Positions 1-9,066 of a DNA stretch of 64,000 nt are shown piece by piece. Where the stretch lies: positions 210,626 through 274,625 of IMG/VR virus record IMGVR_UViG_3300027782_000025. One strand, written 5' to 3'. Each line of letters opens with the position of its first letter. The stretch's first letter is position 1. Both the position numbers and the translations under genes were made by a program. Below the pieces are notes generated by a model, which was given only the letters and a program-made list of their open reading frames with translations, searched no databases and had not been told where the DNA came from.

Positions 1-1032
1 AACGGTGATATAAATTATATATCTGAAATTAATGGGTTTTGGCCTTTCGAAAGAGCCACAGCATTTATTGAAAACATGCTTAAAGATCCAACTAAAGTTA
101 GATCCGACGGCACCAGTAGGCCAGCACATTATTTTAAGCATGAAGAATCAAATCAACTAATCGTGCTTGGACGAGATGCTGAAGAATTAGCCTATTCAAA
201 GAATGATACGATGAAAAGACCAATGGCTGAAGGCGGAATTACACCAGATGAAATGTCTATGACGGTGCTGAGCAGCATCATCCATGGGATCTTAGAGACC
301 GCAGAACGCGATGTTGGTAAGTTTGATAATAATTTGACATTGTGTTATTGCACGACAGCACCGGCTTTAAATAAAACAAATAATATTGAATATCACGAAA
401 GAGTTATCGATATCATCCTTAAGAGTTATAACTCACAGAGTGCTATAAAACTTCAAAAGATAAAAGAAAGTCATGCGATAGTTCTAAACCAAAGCCCAGA
501 CGGCTCTGGGATCGGCATCAGCTGGGGAGCAGGCACGGTAACGGTGACATATGTTAAGTATGGCTTAGAAGTTTATAGTTTCTGCTGGGTTGGCGCTGGT
601 GACTGGATAGACGAGAATGTAGCGATTAGACATGGCTATGATGCACATGCTATGAAAAGCATGAAAAAGAACAGTAAGGAAACTCCAACCACAGTATCAA
701 AAGTCAAAATGGACATAGATCTTACCCCCGGCATACAGTATGCCGACAGGCTTCAGTTAGATATATCGCTGCACTATGACGTGCTTATTAATCAAGTAGT
801 GTCAGGTATCGTGGCCGGTTTTAAGGAAAATGAGGCGCAGGCAAGAATCGAAAATGGCATTAATGTTTATATGGCTGGCGGCACTAGCAGTCCGAAGGGC
901 TTTGCTGAGCGTGTGGCTTTAATATTCAATAATAATGAATTACCTTTTGTTTTAAATAAAGTATCTGTGGCAGAAAAGCCACTATTTACCGTTGCGGCAG
1001 GGTGCTTGACAGCAGCAGAGATGTTCGAATAA
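1..1032 (+). CDS. Actin/MreB/ParM-superfamily ATPase (5' truncated by window)
   Basis: Frame is open from base 1 with no stop before the ATG at 76. Actin-fold motifs: phosphate-2-like GISWGAGTVTV, adenosine motif VYMAGGTS, connect-2 helix PLFTVAAGCL. Phosphate-1 motif would lie upstream of the window. Confidence 0.7.
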   Translation, partial: NGDINYISEINGFWPFERATAFIENMLKDPTKVRSDGTSRPAHYFKHEESNQLIVLGRDAEELAYSKNDTMKRPMAEGGITPDEMSMTVLSSIIHGILETAERDVGKFDNNLTLCYCTTAPALNKTNNIEYHERVIDIILKSYNSQSAIKLQKIKESHAIVLNQSPDGSGIGISWGAGTVTVTYVKYGLEVYSFCWVGAGDWIDENVAIRHGYDAHAMKSMKKNSKETPTTVSKVKMDIDLTPGIQYADRLQLDISLHYDVLINQVVSGIVAGFKENEAQARIENGINVYMAGGTSSPKGFAERVALIFNNNELPFVLNKVSVAEKPLFTVAAGCLTAAEMFE

Positions 1033-1712
1033 TGAATATAATTCATGTCGATGGTAGTTTGGTAGCTATTTTAATAAAAGAAACTATATATATCATCGAC
1101 ATGGATAATTTTACGGTCCATGACCAGATTGGTGCACGGCTAGCTATCCAAAACATTGATGACTGGTTATTTAAAAACACCTTATGGGCTCATGGCATTT
1201 TTAATTTAAAGCTTTTTGTTAATTTCTTCTTACAAGGACGTGAATCTATAGTAATTAAAGACTTAGGCGTTTTACTGTCAGAATTTATCGCTCACCTTTT
1301 TAAAAATGATCAGATCGGCCAATTGTTGAAAATGTATGATGTTGAATTACTAAATTTAGAAACAATTGACAGAGTAGTCTTACCTAATCTTAGAGATAAT
1401 TTTGAAGCACACCGTCTAAAAAATGGTGAATTAGGTCTCGAATTGTTCCTTAGAAGACTAAGAGACCGAATCGCTATATTAAATCCAAACGAAACCAGAG
1501 TCATTGATAGCTTTCTAAGTAGGTTAAAAGAGCAGCATGTCGATATAAAGATGGCTATACCCGATGGCCTTTTAGAACTAGCGAATAATTTTTTATGCAC
1601 GCAAGATGTTTATACTTCTAACATAAGATACCCCAATATCATCGAATCTTTTGAGAAAATTAAAGCTCCAAAAGGTAAGAGAAATGGATTAGAAACCGTA
1701 TTATCTTCATAG
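1032..1712 (+). CDS. Hypothetical protein (about 226 aa)
   Basis: ATG overlaps the upstream TAA (TAATG), indicating translational coupling. No recognisable motif. Confidence 0.7.
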   Translation: MNIIHVDGSLVAILIKETIYIIDMDNFTVHDQIGARLAIQNIDDWLFKNTLWAHGIFNLKLFVNFFLQGRESIVIKDLGVLLSEFIAHLFKNDQIGQLLKMYDVELLNLETIDRVVLPNLRDNFEAHRLKNGELGLELFLRRLRDRIAILNPNETRVIDSFLSRLKEQHVDIKMAIPDGLLELANNFLCTQDVYTSNIRYPNIIESFEKIKAPKGKRNGLETVLSS

Positions 1713-1725
1713 TATAGGAGATAAT

Positions 1726-3126
1726 ATGGAATATCAAGGTTCATCAGATTTTGTTCATCTTCACTCTCACACACTTTATAGCATGCTTGATGGTGTGGCC
1801 TCTCCGGCCCAATATGCCGAAGCTTGTTATAAAAGGAAGTACCAAGCGATGGCTATCACCGAACACGGCCATATGGCCAGTGTTCCTGAAGCTTACGCTG
1901 CTTTTAAACAATATGGTATCAAATACATCCCTGGGTGCGAAATATACTATAATGATTTTGAACTAAAAAGGCAAGAGCTTTTGGCAAGCGGAATAAATGT
2001 CAGATCGCTAGAATGGAGAAAAGAGAATCCAGAGCTAGCAGGAAGAATTATCAGAAATAGACATCTCACAGTAATTTGCAAAAACAAGACCGGATTTGAA
2101 AATCTCTTAAAGTTAACAACTCAAGCATATGAGACAGGCCTGTTCGGCGTATCTATTAAACAGTATAATCGCATATGGTTTGAAAAGTTATGTGAATATC
2201 GCGAAGGACTTATTATATTATCAGGATGTCTAAATGGACCTATAAGTCATGAATTGCGTACTAAATCGATAGTAAATAAAGCAGGCGATGTCATCAGAGA
2301 AATAAGCCGAAAAGAAAGGCTTGAAAACGCTATCGCCAATATAAAAAAATTTAAAGAAGCGTTTGGAGAAGACTACTACATAGAACTACAGATGCCTGGT
2401 GTTGAAGGCGACATGTTTGTGTTTCAGACATCTATTATGCTGGCAGACCATTTCAAGATTAAGACCGTGCTGGCTAATGATTCTCATTACATGGAAAGAA
2501 AAGATTTTCAAATCCAAAAGATCATGATGGCGATAGCTCAAGACGTAACTGTTGACTCTCCTGATTTATTTCATACAAACAGCGACGAGCAATACTTCAA
2601 ACAGCGTAGTGAATTATGGAGTAGATATAATGAGACTGAATATTCCAAAGGGTATACGGCTAGAGAATTCGAACTAATGTGTGATCATACTTTAGAAATA
2701 GCCGACAAATGCGAAAATATCGAATTTGATACGGATCCAAAAATACCGACCATCGTAGACGCTGATAATGAATTACGGCGCTTGGTCGCATCAAAGCTTA
2801 TATCGTTAGGACTTCATAAAAATGAACAAAAACACTTGATCGATGGTAGAGAAGTTACCTATCTAGACCAAGCTAAAATCGAATTAAATCGTTTTATAGA
2901 AAAAGGTTTCGCCAGCTATTTTCTCATTACTAAGAATATTATAGAGTACGGTAAAGAACAAGGTTGGCCGTTCACTGCTAGAGGTAGCGCTGGAGGCTCC
3001 TTAATTTGCTACTTATTAAATATTACATCAGTCGACCCTCTTTCGTGGGGTCTTTCTTTTGATAGATTTCTTGCACCGAGCCGCGGTGGCTATATGCTTA
3101 ATGTCAAGATGACTAAAGGAGATTAG
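1726..3126 (+). CDS. dnaE: DNA polymerase III alpha, N-terminal subunit (PHP domain + first palm segment)
   Basis: HLHSHTLYSMLDG, AITEHG, GCE, RHL, SGCL, NDSHY (PHP domain); RGSAGGSLICYLLNITSVDP and FDRFLAPSR (palm); stops before PDxDxD. SD AGGAG upstream. Confidence 0.93.
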   Translation: MEYQGSSDFVHLHSHTLYSMLDGVASPAQYAEACYKRKYQAMAITEHGHMASVPEAYAAFKQYGIKYIPGCEIYYNDFELKRQELLASGINVRSLEWRKENPELAGRIIRNRHLTVICKNKTGFENLLKLTTQAYETGLFGVSIKQYNRIWFEKLCEYREGLIILSGCLNGPISHELRTKSIVNKAGDVIREISRKERLENAIANIKKFKEAFGEDYYIELQMPGVEGDMFVFQTSIMLADHFKIKTVLANDSHYMERKDFQIQKIMMAIAQDVTVDSPDLFHTNSDEQYFKQRSELWSRYNETEYSKGYTAREFELMCDHTLEIADKCENIEFDTDPKIPTIVDADNELRRLVASKLISLGLHKNEQKHLIDGREVTYLDQAKIELNRFIEKGFASYFLITKNIIEYGKEQGWPFTARGSAGGSLICYLLNITSVDPLSWGLSFDRFLAPSRGGYMLNVKMTKGD

Positions 3127-3127
3127 C

Positions 3128-3559
3128 TTGCAGAAGTATTTATTACACGCTTTGAACACACATTTAAAAGTCATGCAAAAGCCTACTGAAACATTATGTG
3201 TATTCTCGCTTAAATTCATCGATGTTCTTATAGATGACGATAAAGTCAGAGCTGAGAAAGAATCACTAGATTTGTTAATAAATATTCAAAATAATATAAT
3301 TTCTAGCATTGTCGAAACTATTGACCGCCTAGAGAAAGAAGCTACCGATTCTACTAAAGTACTGGGATCGGCGATGCTTAATACAAGAAAATCTATTTAT
3401 TCTCATACAATAAATTTAAAATTAGTAGATGTAAGTAATCTAGAAGATAGATATAACAAAGCTATAGTTGAAATCGCTAAAGCGATGAGGTTATTTAATC
3501 TTTGTGGTCTTTCTGAAGCAATTAAAATAAATGATGTAAATGGGAACCAGATATGTTAG
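3128..3559 (+). CDS. Hypothetical helical protein (start may be ATG 3173)
   Basis: 143-codon ORF tiling the gap between neighbours; no motif. Confidence 0.6.
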   Translation: MQKYLLHALNTHLKVMQKPTETLCVFSLKFIDVLIDDDKVRAEKESLDLLINIQNNIISSIVETIDRLEKEATDSTKVLGSAMLNTRKSIYSHTINLKLVDVSNLEDRYNKAIVEIAKAMRLFNLCGLSEAIKINDVNGNQIC

Positions 3560-3999
3560 AGATGCAAATAAATAGATTAGATAATTCCAAGATTAATTCT
3601 AAAATCGTCGTTACTTTAATAAAAAATAATGGCAAAAAAATGAAGACCCAACGGCGTGATATCGCTTTTAAATTGAAAATGACTGATGATACCATATATA
3701 AGTATCAAGCTATCCTAGTTGGTCTATCTGCGATAAAAGATGTTAATCAATCGATAAGAATCAGCATGTTGGGGTTTGAATCGAATGATTTATATGGTAC
3801 ATCAAACGATAAACAGCTATATTTCGACGAATTAAAAAGACGTATTATCAAAATATGCCAACGTCATAATAATGTATTTTTTGATGCTAATATGATAGCT
3901 TTAGATAATGATTATGTCAATATAATTAAAAAGTATTTAGTATCACAATCAGAGTACCATGATACCGGTACAGTCTTAATCGATAAATCTAAGGTTTAA
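3553..3999 (+). CDS. Hypothetical protein
   Basis: 148-codon ORF overlapping the upstream stop; no motif. Confidence 0.65.
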   Translation: MLEMQINRLDNSKINSKIVVTLIKNNGKKMKTQRRDIAFKLKMTDDTIYKYQAILVGLSAIKDVNQSIRISMLGFESNDLYGTSNDKQLYFDELKRRIIKICQRHNNVFFDANMIALDNDYVNIIKKYLVSQSEYHDTGTVLIDKSKV

Positions 4000-4046
4000 T
4001 ACTATGGCTGTTTGGCACAACACAAGCTTAGATCTTTTTATGTATA

Positions 4047-4406
4047 TTGAGATATAAAATTATGGATCATAAAGGTGAATATGATAAATATGCTTTCATT
4101 ATAATGGAAGCGCAAACCGATAATATTGTCAACATAGTACGATTAAAGTCGAACGAAGAAAGACTGAAAACCATTAAAAGCATACGTTCTAAAGGGCAAT
4201 ATTTATTTTACGCTATGACGCACCAAGACGAAAAAACCAAGAGGGTCACTATAAAAAGGCCCTTTGTCGTCGATTTTGATTCAGTTCCTTCAGCTGAGGA
4301 ATCAAAATGTATTGAAAATGATATAAAGAAGCTTAGCTGCAAAAAATGTGGCAAAAGTTTTACTTCTACTTCTGGGCTAACGAACCATCTAAATGCAAAA
4401 CATTAA
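4047..4406 (+). CDS. Protein with C-terminal classical C2H2 zinc finger
   Basis: CKKCGKSFTSTSGLTNHLNAKH matches C-x2-C-x3-F-x5-L-x2-H-x4-H. Confidence 0.72.
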   Translation: MRYKIMDHKGEYDKYAFIIMEAQTDNIVNIVRLKSNEERLKTIKSIRSKGQYLFYAMTHQDEKTKRVTIKRPFVVDFDSVPSAEESKCIENDIKKLSCKKCGKSFTSTSGLTNHLNAKH

Positions 4407-7116
4407 ATCTTGGGAAGAAATTGTCGAAAAGGCTGGAGAGTTGGTTACCGATAAACCGAAGATTTATAAAGACAGACTAAAATTCGAAATATATGAAATC
4501 GAAAAGCAAGGGGCAGAACGCTACTGGTTAGAATTAGTGACTGATGGAACGACTTTCGATGCAAACCCGAATCGTCTATTACTACCATACCTTTTAAATC
4601 TAGTTTCTGTCGACCCAATCTCCACAGACCATAGCGGCATCATGACAAGCATATCTGCCAATGATGTTTTAAAATACAAAGACCATAACAATGGTAAAAT
4701 GCCAACAGGAATCTACAGAGATTCTGACATGCCGGACATCGATATAGATTGCTTGCCTGGGGCCAGAGATCATTTAAAAGAATACGTAATTTCTAAATAT
4801 GGCCAGAATTCAGAAGATAGTTATGGATCTGTATGTAGCGTTGGCACATGGCAAACTTATAAATTCAAATCTGCAATAATCGATGTCTCTGTGGCTCTTG
4901 GAATAATGTCTAGATTTGATGCCGAAAGAACGACCACACAATTACCAGAGCACGCAGATGATTTGCCGGAAAATGGTATATCAGTCTGCAGAGGTAAATA
5001 TTTAAAGGAAGGTGTCGAGATAGAATGTGGCACTATTCACGGTGATGCTACTTGCCCATCTTGTAAGCAATCCATCACGGATGCTCCGACTATTGGTCAG
5101 CTTATTGAAGAACTACCAGTTCTCAAAGAATTCGCGATAAAAAACCCTGAGATCATAGCATCAGCGATCAAACTAGTAGGCAGAATTAGAAACATGGGCA
5201 TGCACGCCGGTGCTTTACTAATAACAGACAGAGCGTTGTTTGGCAATATACCTATGGCCAAGAGCAGTAATAAGGGCTATTGGGTAAGCATGTGGACAGA
5301 AGGTAGAAGCACCCAGCTCTCAAAATTTGGGTATGTGAAATGGGACTGGCTTGGTCTTAAAACCTTAGAATATATATTTAGGTGTTGCGAGATGGTTAAA
5401 CTTAACCGCGACATCAATTTTGGCGAAAATTTGTCTGGCTGGGAAGACATCGATCCTAAGCAACGTAAAGCCGGCTTTTTTATCGATGCTTCTGGTGTTA
5501 AACACATTATCAGCCTCGACGACGAAGGGGCTCTAAAGCTAGCAAATAAGCAGAAATGCGATGGTATTTTTCAGTTCGACACTGAATTAGCCATGTCTTT
5601 GCTGGCTCATGGCGTTAGGAATTTCGAAGACTTAATGTTAATCAATGCGATGGGCCACCCAGGGCCAATTGCCGCTCTACCAGAGACAATGGCAAATCGT
5701 GACGATCCCACGATGGCATGGAAAAAACGCATGCATCCAGAAGTCTATAATATTCTTAAAGAAACTTATGGACAACTGGTTTATCAAGAGCAATTAACGC
5801 AGCTTTGGCAGAGATTAGCTGGATTTACTGCGCCTGAAGCTCAAGAAACGAGGAAGGCCGTTGCTAAGAAATGGACACACAAATTAAGAAGCGTAGAACA
5901 GAAATGGGTCGCTGGTGCTTCTAAAACCATCGGCGAAGACGAAGCTCGCACTATTTGGTCCAAAATGGTATCATTCGGTCGTTATGCATTTAATAAATCA
6001 CATTCTGTAGCTTATTGTTTGGTAACCCTACGATGCTTGTTCCTAAAAGCGCATTTTGCGCCTGAGTTTTGGGCATCTGTCATGAATGATTGCCATCCAG
6101 ATAAGCTGGTACGTTATATGGGTGTTGCAAGATCAGAAGAATGGAAACCGACAGCAATCACTAAACTCGGTTCGAGCAGATCAGATGATCCATTGCGCTT
6201 TGAAGCTATCGACATTAACAATTTATCATTAAAGTTTATAGTAAAAGATAACACGATATTTGTTGGTGTCAGTAGCATAAAAGGCTTTGGCGAAAAAATA
6301 GCTGAGTGCTTAATCACTGCACACAAATATATAAACATGGATGATTTTATTTTAAAGACCGGGATAAAATCTAAAACAGTGTTAGAACGGTTAATTAAAC
6401 TTGGGGCCTTTAGAAATCTTGAAAGACACAATAATAGCAAGGCTTTGTGGGTTTATTATCAAACGAAGTATGGCAATGGGCCAGATGCAAAAGAGACTAA
6501 AAGCTTCATCTCCAACCTCATTATTTCTAAACAAGGATGGAATGATGGCTCTATTGCGGCTGAGAGGGAAAGACTCGCCAGTGAATACAGATTGATCTAT
6601 CCAAAGAAAAAAGTTATACCTAAAAAATTACTTAATTGGAACCCTGAACCGATCATCGATTTTGATGCCGTTCTTGGCGCTATCGGAGATGATTTTAGTT
6701 TTGAAGAAAGACTACAATTTCAGAACGATTACTTAGGATATTACATCGACTCGCCTCTAGGATTATTTAGTTGCAGGGGTGATCTAACGATTGCTGCAGC
6801 AAAGACAAATGCTAAGTCCGGCCAAGACATCATAGCTATCGAAGGAATAATTGTAAATATAGAATATGCTACATCAAAGAATAATAAACCGTACGCTAAA
6901 ATATCGACATCAGATGGTATGTTAAAAACCAGTATTATGGTGTGGTCCAAAGAATTGTCGGGGTTAGATAAAACCAAATTGATGATTGGCGCCGGAATTA
7001 GAGTGATCGTGGATTATGATGGCGAGCGAAATAGTTTTTCATTACGACGCAATACTTCGATAAACATACTGAAGAGAAAGCCAACTAATGCAACTGCCGA
7101 CGAAAGACGGGATTAA
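4393..7116 (+). CDS. dnaE: DNA polymerase III alpha, C-terminal subunit (catalytic palm, thumb, fingers, HhH, OB)
   Basis: MPDIDID, MHAGA, KWDWLGL, GIFQF, LVYQEQ, YAFNKSH, SIKGFG (HhH) and a C-terminal OB-like region. Confidence 0.93.
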   Translation: MQNIKSWEEIVEKAGELVTDKPKIYKDRLKFEIYEIEKQGAERYWLELVTDGTTFDANPNRLLLPYLLNLVSVDPISTDHSGIMTSISANDVLKYKDHNNGKMPTGIYRDSDMPDIDIDCLPGARDHLKEYVISKYGQNSEDSYGSVCSVGTWQTYKFKSAIIDVSVALGIMSRFDAERTTTQLPEHADDLPENGISVCRGKYLKEGVEIECGTIHGDATCPSCKQSITDAPTIGQLIEELPVLKEFAIKNPEIIASAIKLVGRIRNMGMHAGALLITDRALFGNIPMAKSSNKGYWVSMWTEGRSTQLSKFGYVKWDWLGLKTLEYIFRCCEMVKLNRDINFGENLSGWEDIDPKQRKAGFFIDASGVKHIISLDDEGALKLANKQKCDGIFQFDTELAMSLLAHGVRNFEDLMLINAMGHPGPIAALPETMANRDDPTMAWKKRMHPEVYNILKETYGQLVYQEQLTQLWQRLAGFTAPEAQETRKAVAKKWTHKLRSVEQKWVAGASKTIGEDEARTIWSKMVSFGRYAFNKSHSVAYCLVTLRCLFLKAHFAPEFWASVMNDCHPDKLVRYMGVARSEEWKPTAITKLGSSRSDDPLRFEAIDINNLSLKFIVKDNTIFVGVSSIKGFGEKIAECLITAHKYINMDDFILKTGIKSKTVLERLIKLGAFRNLERHNNSKALWVYYQTKYGNGPDAKETKSFISNLIISKQGWNDGSIAAERERLASEYRLIYPKKKVIPKKLLNWNPEPIIDFDAVLGAIGDDFSFEERLQFQNDYLGYYIDSPLGLFSCRGDLTIAAAKTNAKSGQDIIAIEGIIVNIEYATSKNNKPYAKISTSDGMLKTSIMVWSKELSGLDKTKLMIGAGIRVIVDYDGERNSFSLRRNTSINILKRKPTNATADERRD

Positions 7117-7630
7117 ATGCGACGGCTGCGGGCTTCAGTTTCATGAAGATTTTACTTATTATTCGATAGATTTTAGAAGCGCTAAATCAAAATTTGGGCA
7201 ACACTTATCATTGAGAGATCTAGACTCAGCACCAATGGTCGACACTTTTGATTATTGCAGTATGTGTTATGAGAAACTCCAAGACAAGATAGTAGAAATA
7301 AACCAAAAAACATCTCAGAAAACTGGCTCAAGATATTGTGATCTTTCTGGACAAGATCTGATGCAGTTAAAAACATATTACTATGCTACCATAACTGGAG
7401 CTACAGTCAAACAAACAGGTGTACCATTTACTTGTGAACAGTGCGGCCTTCAAGCGCACACCCCGACAACAGTATGTAAGTGCGGGTCGGTTAAATATGT
7501 TAGGAAAGCCGACGTACATACTGATAAAAAATTAATAGAAATCTTCATAACACCAGATATATTTAATAGCTTTGCCGTTAGAAGAGAAAAGCATAAACAA
7601 GAAGGAAGTAATTGGAATGTTACCAGCTAA
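7088..7630 (+). CDS. Cys-rich putative Zn-binding protein
   Basis: CDGC, CSMC, CEQC and CKC motifs. Confidence 0.72.
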   Translation: MQLPTKDGIKCDGCGLQFHEDFTYYSIDFRSAKSKFGQHLSLRDLDSAPMVDTFDYCSMCYEKLQDKIVEINQKTSQKTGSRYCDLSGQDLMQLKTYYYATITGATVKQTGVPFTCEQCGLQAHTPTTVCKCGSVKYVRKADVHTDKKLIEIFITPDIFNSFAVRREKHKQEGSNWNVTS

Positions 7631-8132
7631 CCCATATGATTTGCATGAAATACTCTTAAATAACGTCTTAATGCATGCGAGACCGATAGAGTGGAATTCT
7701 CACATGGTCGATCAGCATACTAACAAGAGTGCGCTTGGCGATCAAGTAAGAGCCACAAAGGCCGTCCTTACATGTCCTGATTGTGCATCTTTAGTCGAAA
7801 TATTGGATATGTATGATCTTAATGGTTATTATTATTGCGAATGTTTTAAAGGTTATAAAAAGACTAGAGATCAGCTGCAGACAGACGAAATAAATTATGA
7901 AGACCCATTTCAGAATCCATTTTCAGAAGATCTGAATCTAGAATCCTTTCTATACCCACAGATAGCTAGTACACCGGTGAAAACTGGAACCATTAAAGCT
8001 GATAAAAAAGTAAAGCCCAAAAAATTATGTAAGGTAGATATCAAAGCTAAGAATAATGATGTCATCGCTAATGAAGATAACATCATGAAATTGGCGAGTG
8101 AACCATTCAATGACGAAGATCTATTAGAATAA
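7617..8132 (+). CDS. Hypothetical protein with CPDC/CEC Zn-ribbon-like motif
   Basis: ATG 7617 with AAGGA upstream preferred over TTG 7572; acidic C-terminus. Confidence 0.68.
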   Translation: MLPANPYDLHEILLNNVLMHARPIEWNSHMVDQHTNKSALGDQVRATKAVLTCPDCASLVEILDMYDLNGYYYCECFKGYKKTRDQLQTDEINYEDPFQNPFSEDLNLESFLYPQIASTPVKTGTIKADKKVKPKKLCKVDIKAKNNDVIANEDNIMKLASEPFNDEDLLE

Positions 8133-8136
8133 GCAT

Positions 8137-9066
8137 ATGAACTACATTTTAGGGTCAGGCATAGTTGGTCTAACTGCTCGACACATCCTAGGAGCTGATT
8201 GGCAAGTAGTTCCATTTTATAAAAGCAGATTTTTTTCGAGCAATCCACCATTAGATGATAACTTCTTGTGTAGACATGAGCGGTTGGACTATATTATTGA
8301 TAAATTATTGCCAGGTAAAATAGTTAATTCTATATTTTATAAAAGATCTTGGTCGATGAATGGCATATTATCAACGAACGGCGATAAGATAGTTATTAAT
8401 GATTGGCTCGACAAAGTTTATGGCAATGATGTGCCAGGACAAAGTTTACCTTACTATTTGCAAAAAGACATATTTCAGATTTATAATAATGTCAGGATCA
8501 GCGAAATTTACAAGGCACTGTTAGACTTATACTTACCGGTCCTAAAACAGAACGCTACTGCCGGCTTGCCGACTTCAATCAGAGATGGATACATATATTT
8601 TGGCGAAGAAAGAAAGCCATATGATAATATAATTAGCACAATCCCAGCCGATGTTTTATATAACCTTACTGGACGTACAAGTTTATTAAAATCTAAGGAT
8701 ATGCATTATGTGCATTTGTTTACCGAGGAATTAGATTTTGAAGGCGCTAATCAAATGATGGTCGCTGATAGAGATATCGAATTTTTTAAAGTATCGAACA
8801 TAGCTCCAAGTCGATATTTGTTTTATTTTTTAAAAGACATGTTACACCCTGGCATATATATGCAAAATTTTCTTAAGAAATTCGAAATTATAGACGGTAC
8901 TATGGTTAAACAGGCTTTAACACTAGGAAATACGATAGATATAAGCGTATTCAAGAAAGAGAATATACATCCGATAGGTAGCTATGCTATATGGGACCCT
9001 TGCTTGGATGTTGCGAGCTGTTTTTTAAGATTATTAAATACCCTTGACACCGGATTTAAAAAATGA
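8137..9066 (+). CDS. FAD/NAD-dependent oxidoreductase (GR2/protoporphyrinogen-oxidase/UDP-Galp-mutase-like fold)
   Basis: N-terminal Rossmann ILGSGIVGL; YDNIISTIP; C-terminal IGSYAIW resembling the flavin-binding GxxxxW motif. Substrate not assignable. Confidence 0.6.
   Translation: MNYILGSGIVGLTARHILGADWQVVPFYKSRFFSSNPPLDDNFLCRHERLDYIIDKLLPGKIVNSIFYKRSWSMNGILSTNGDKIVINDWLDKVYGNDVPGQSLPYYLQKDIFQIYNNVRISEIYKALLDLYLPVLKQNATAGLPTSIRDGYIYFGEERKPYDNIISTIPADVLYNLTGRTSLLKSKDMHYVHLFTEELDFEGANQMMVADRDIEFFKVSNIAPSRYLFYFLKDMLHPGIYMQNFLKKFEIIDGTMVKQALTLGNTIDISVFKKENIHPIGSYAIWDPCLDVASCFLRLLNTLDTGFKK

Noticed and set aside
3124-3190. TAG read-through or alternative genetic code joining the dnaE halves
   Set aside because: Reading through TAG hits TGA about 20 codons later with no DnaE-like sequence. 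Multi-kb ORFs are intact under code 11, and all three stop codons end coupled genes.
3084-4731. Split intein or self-splicing intron interrupting dnaE
   Set aside because: No Cys/Ser-initiated intein N-block and no His-Asn-Cys/Ser/Thr C-terminus. The interval holds ordinary AT-rich ORFs and a separately initiated duplicate segment. The in-frame junctions I tried did not fit group I U/G splice rules. RT-PCR would be decisive.
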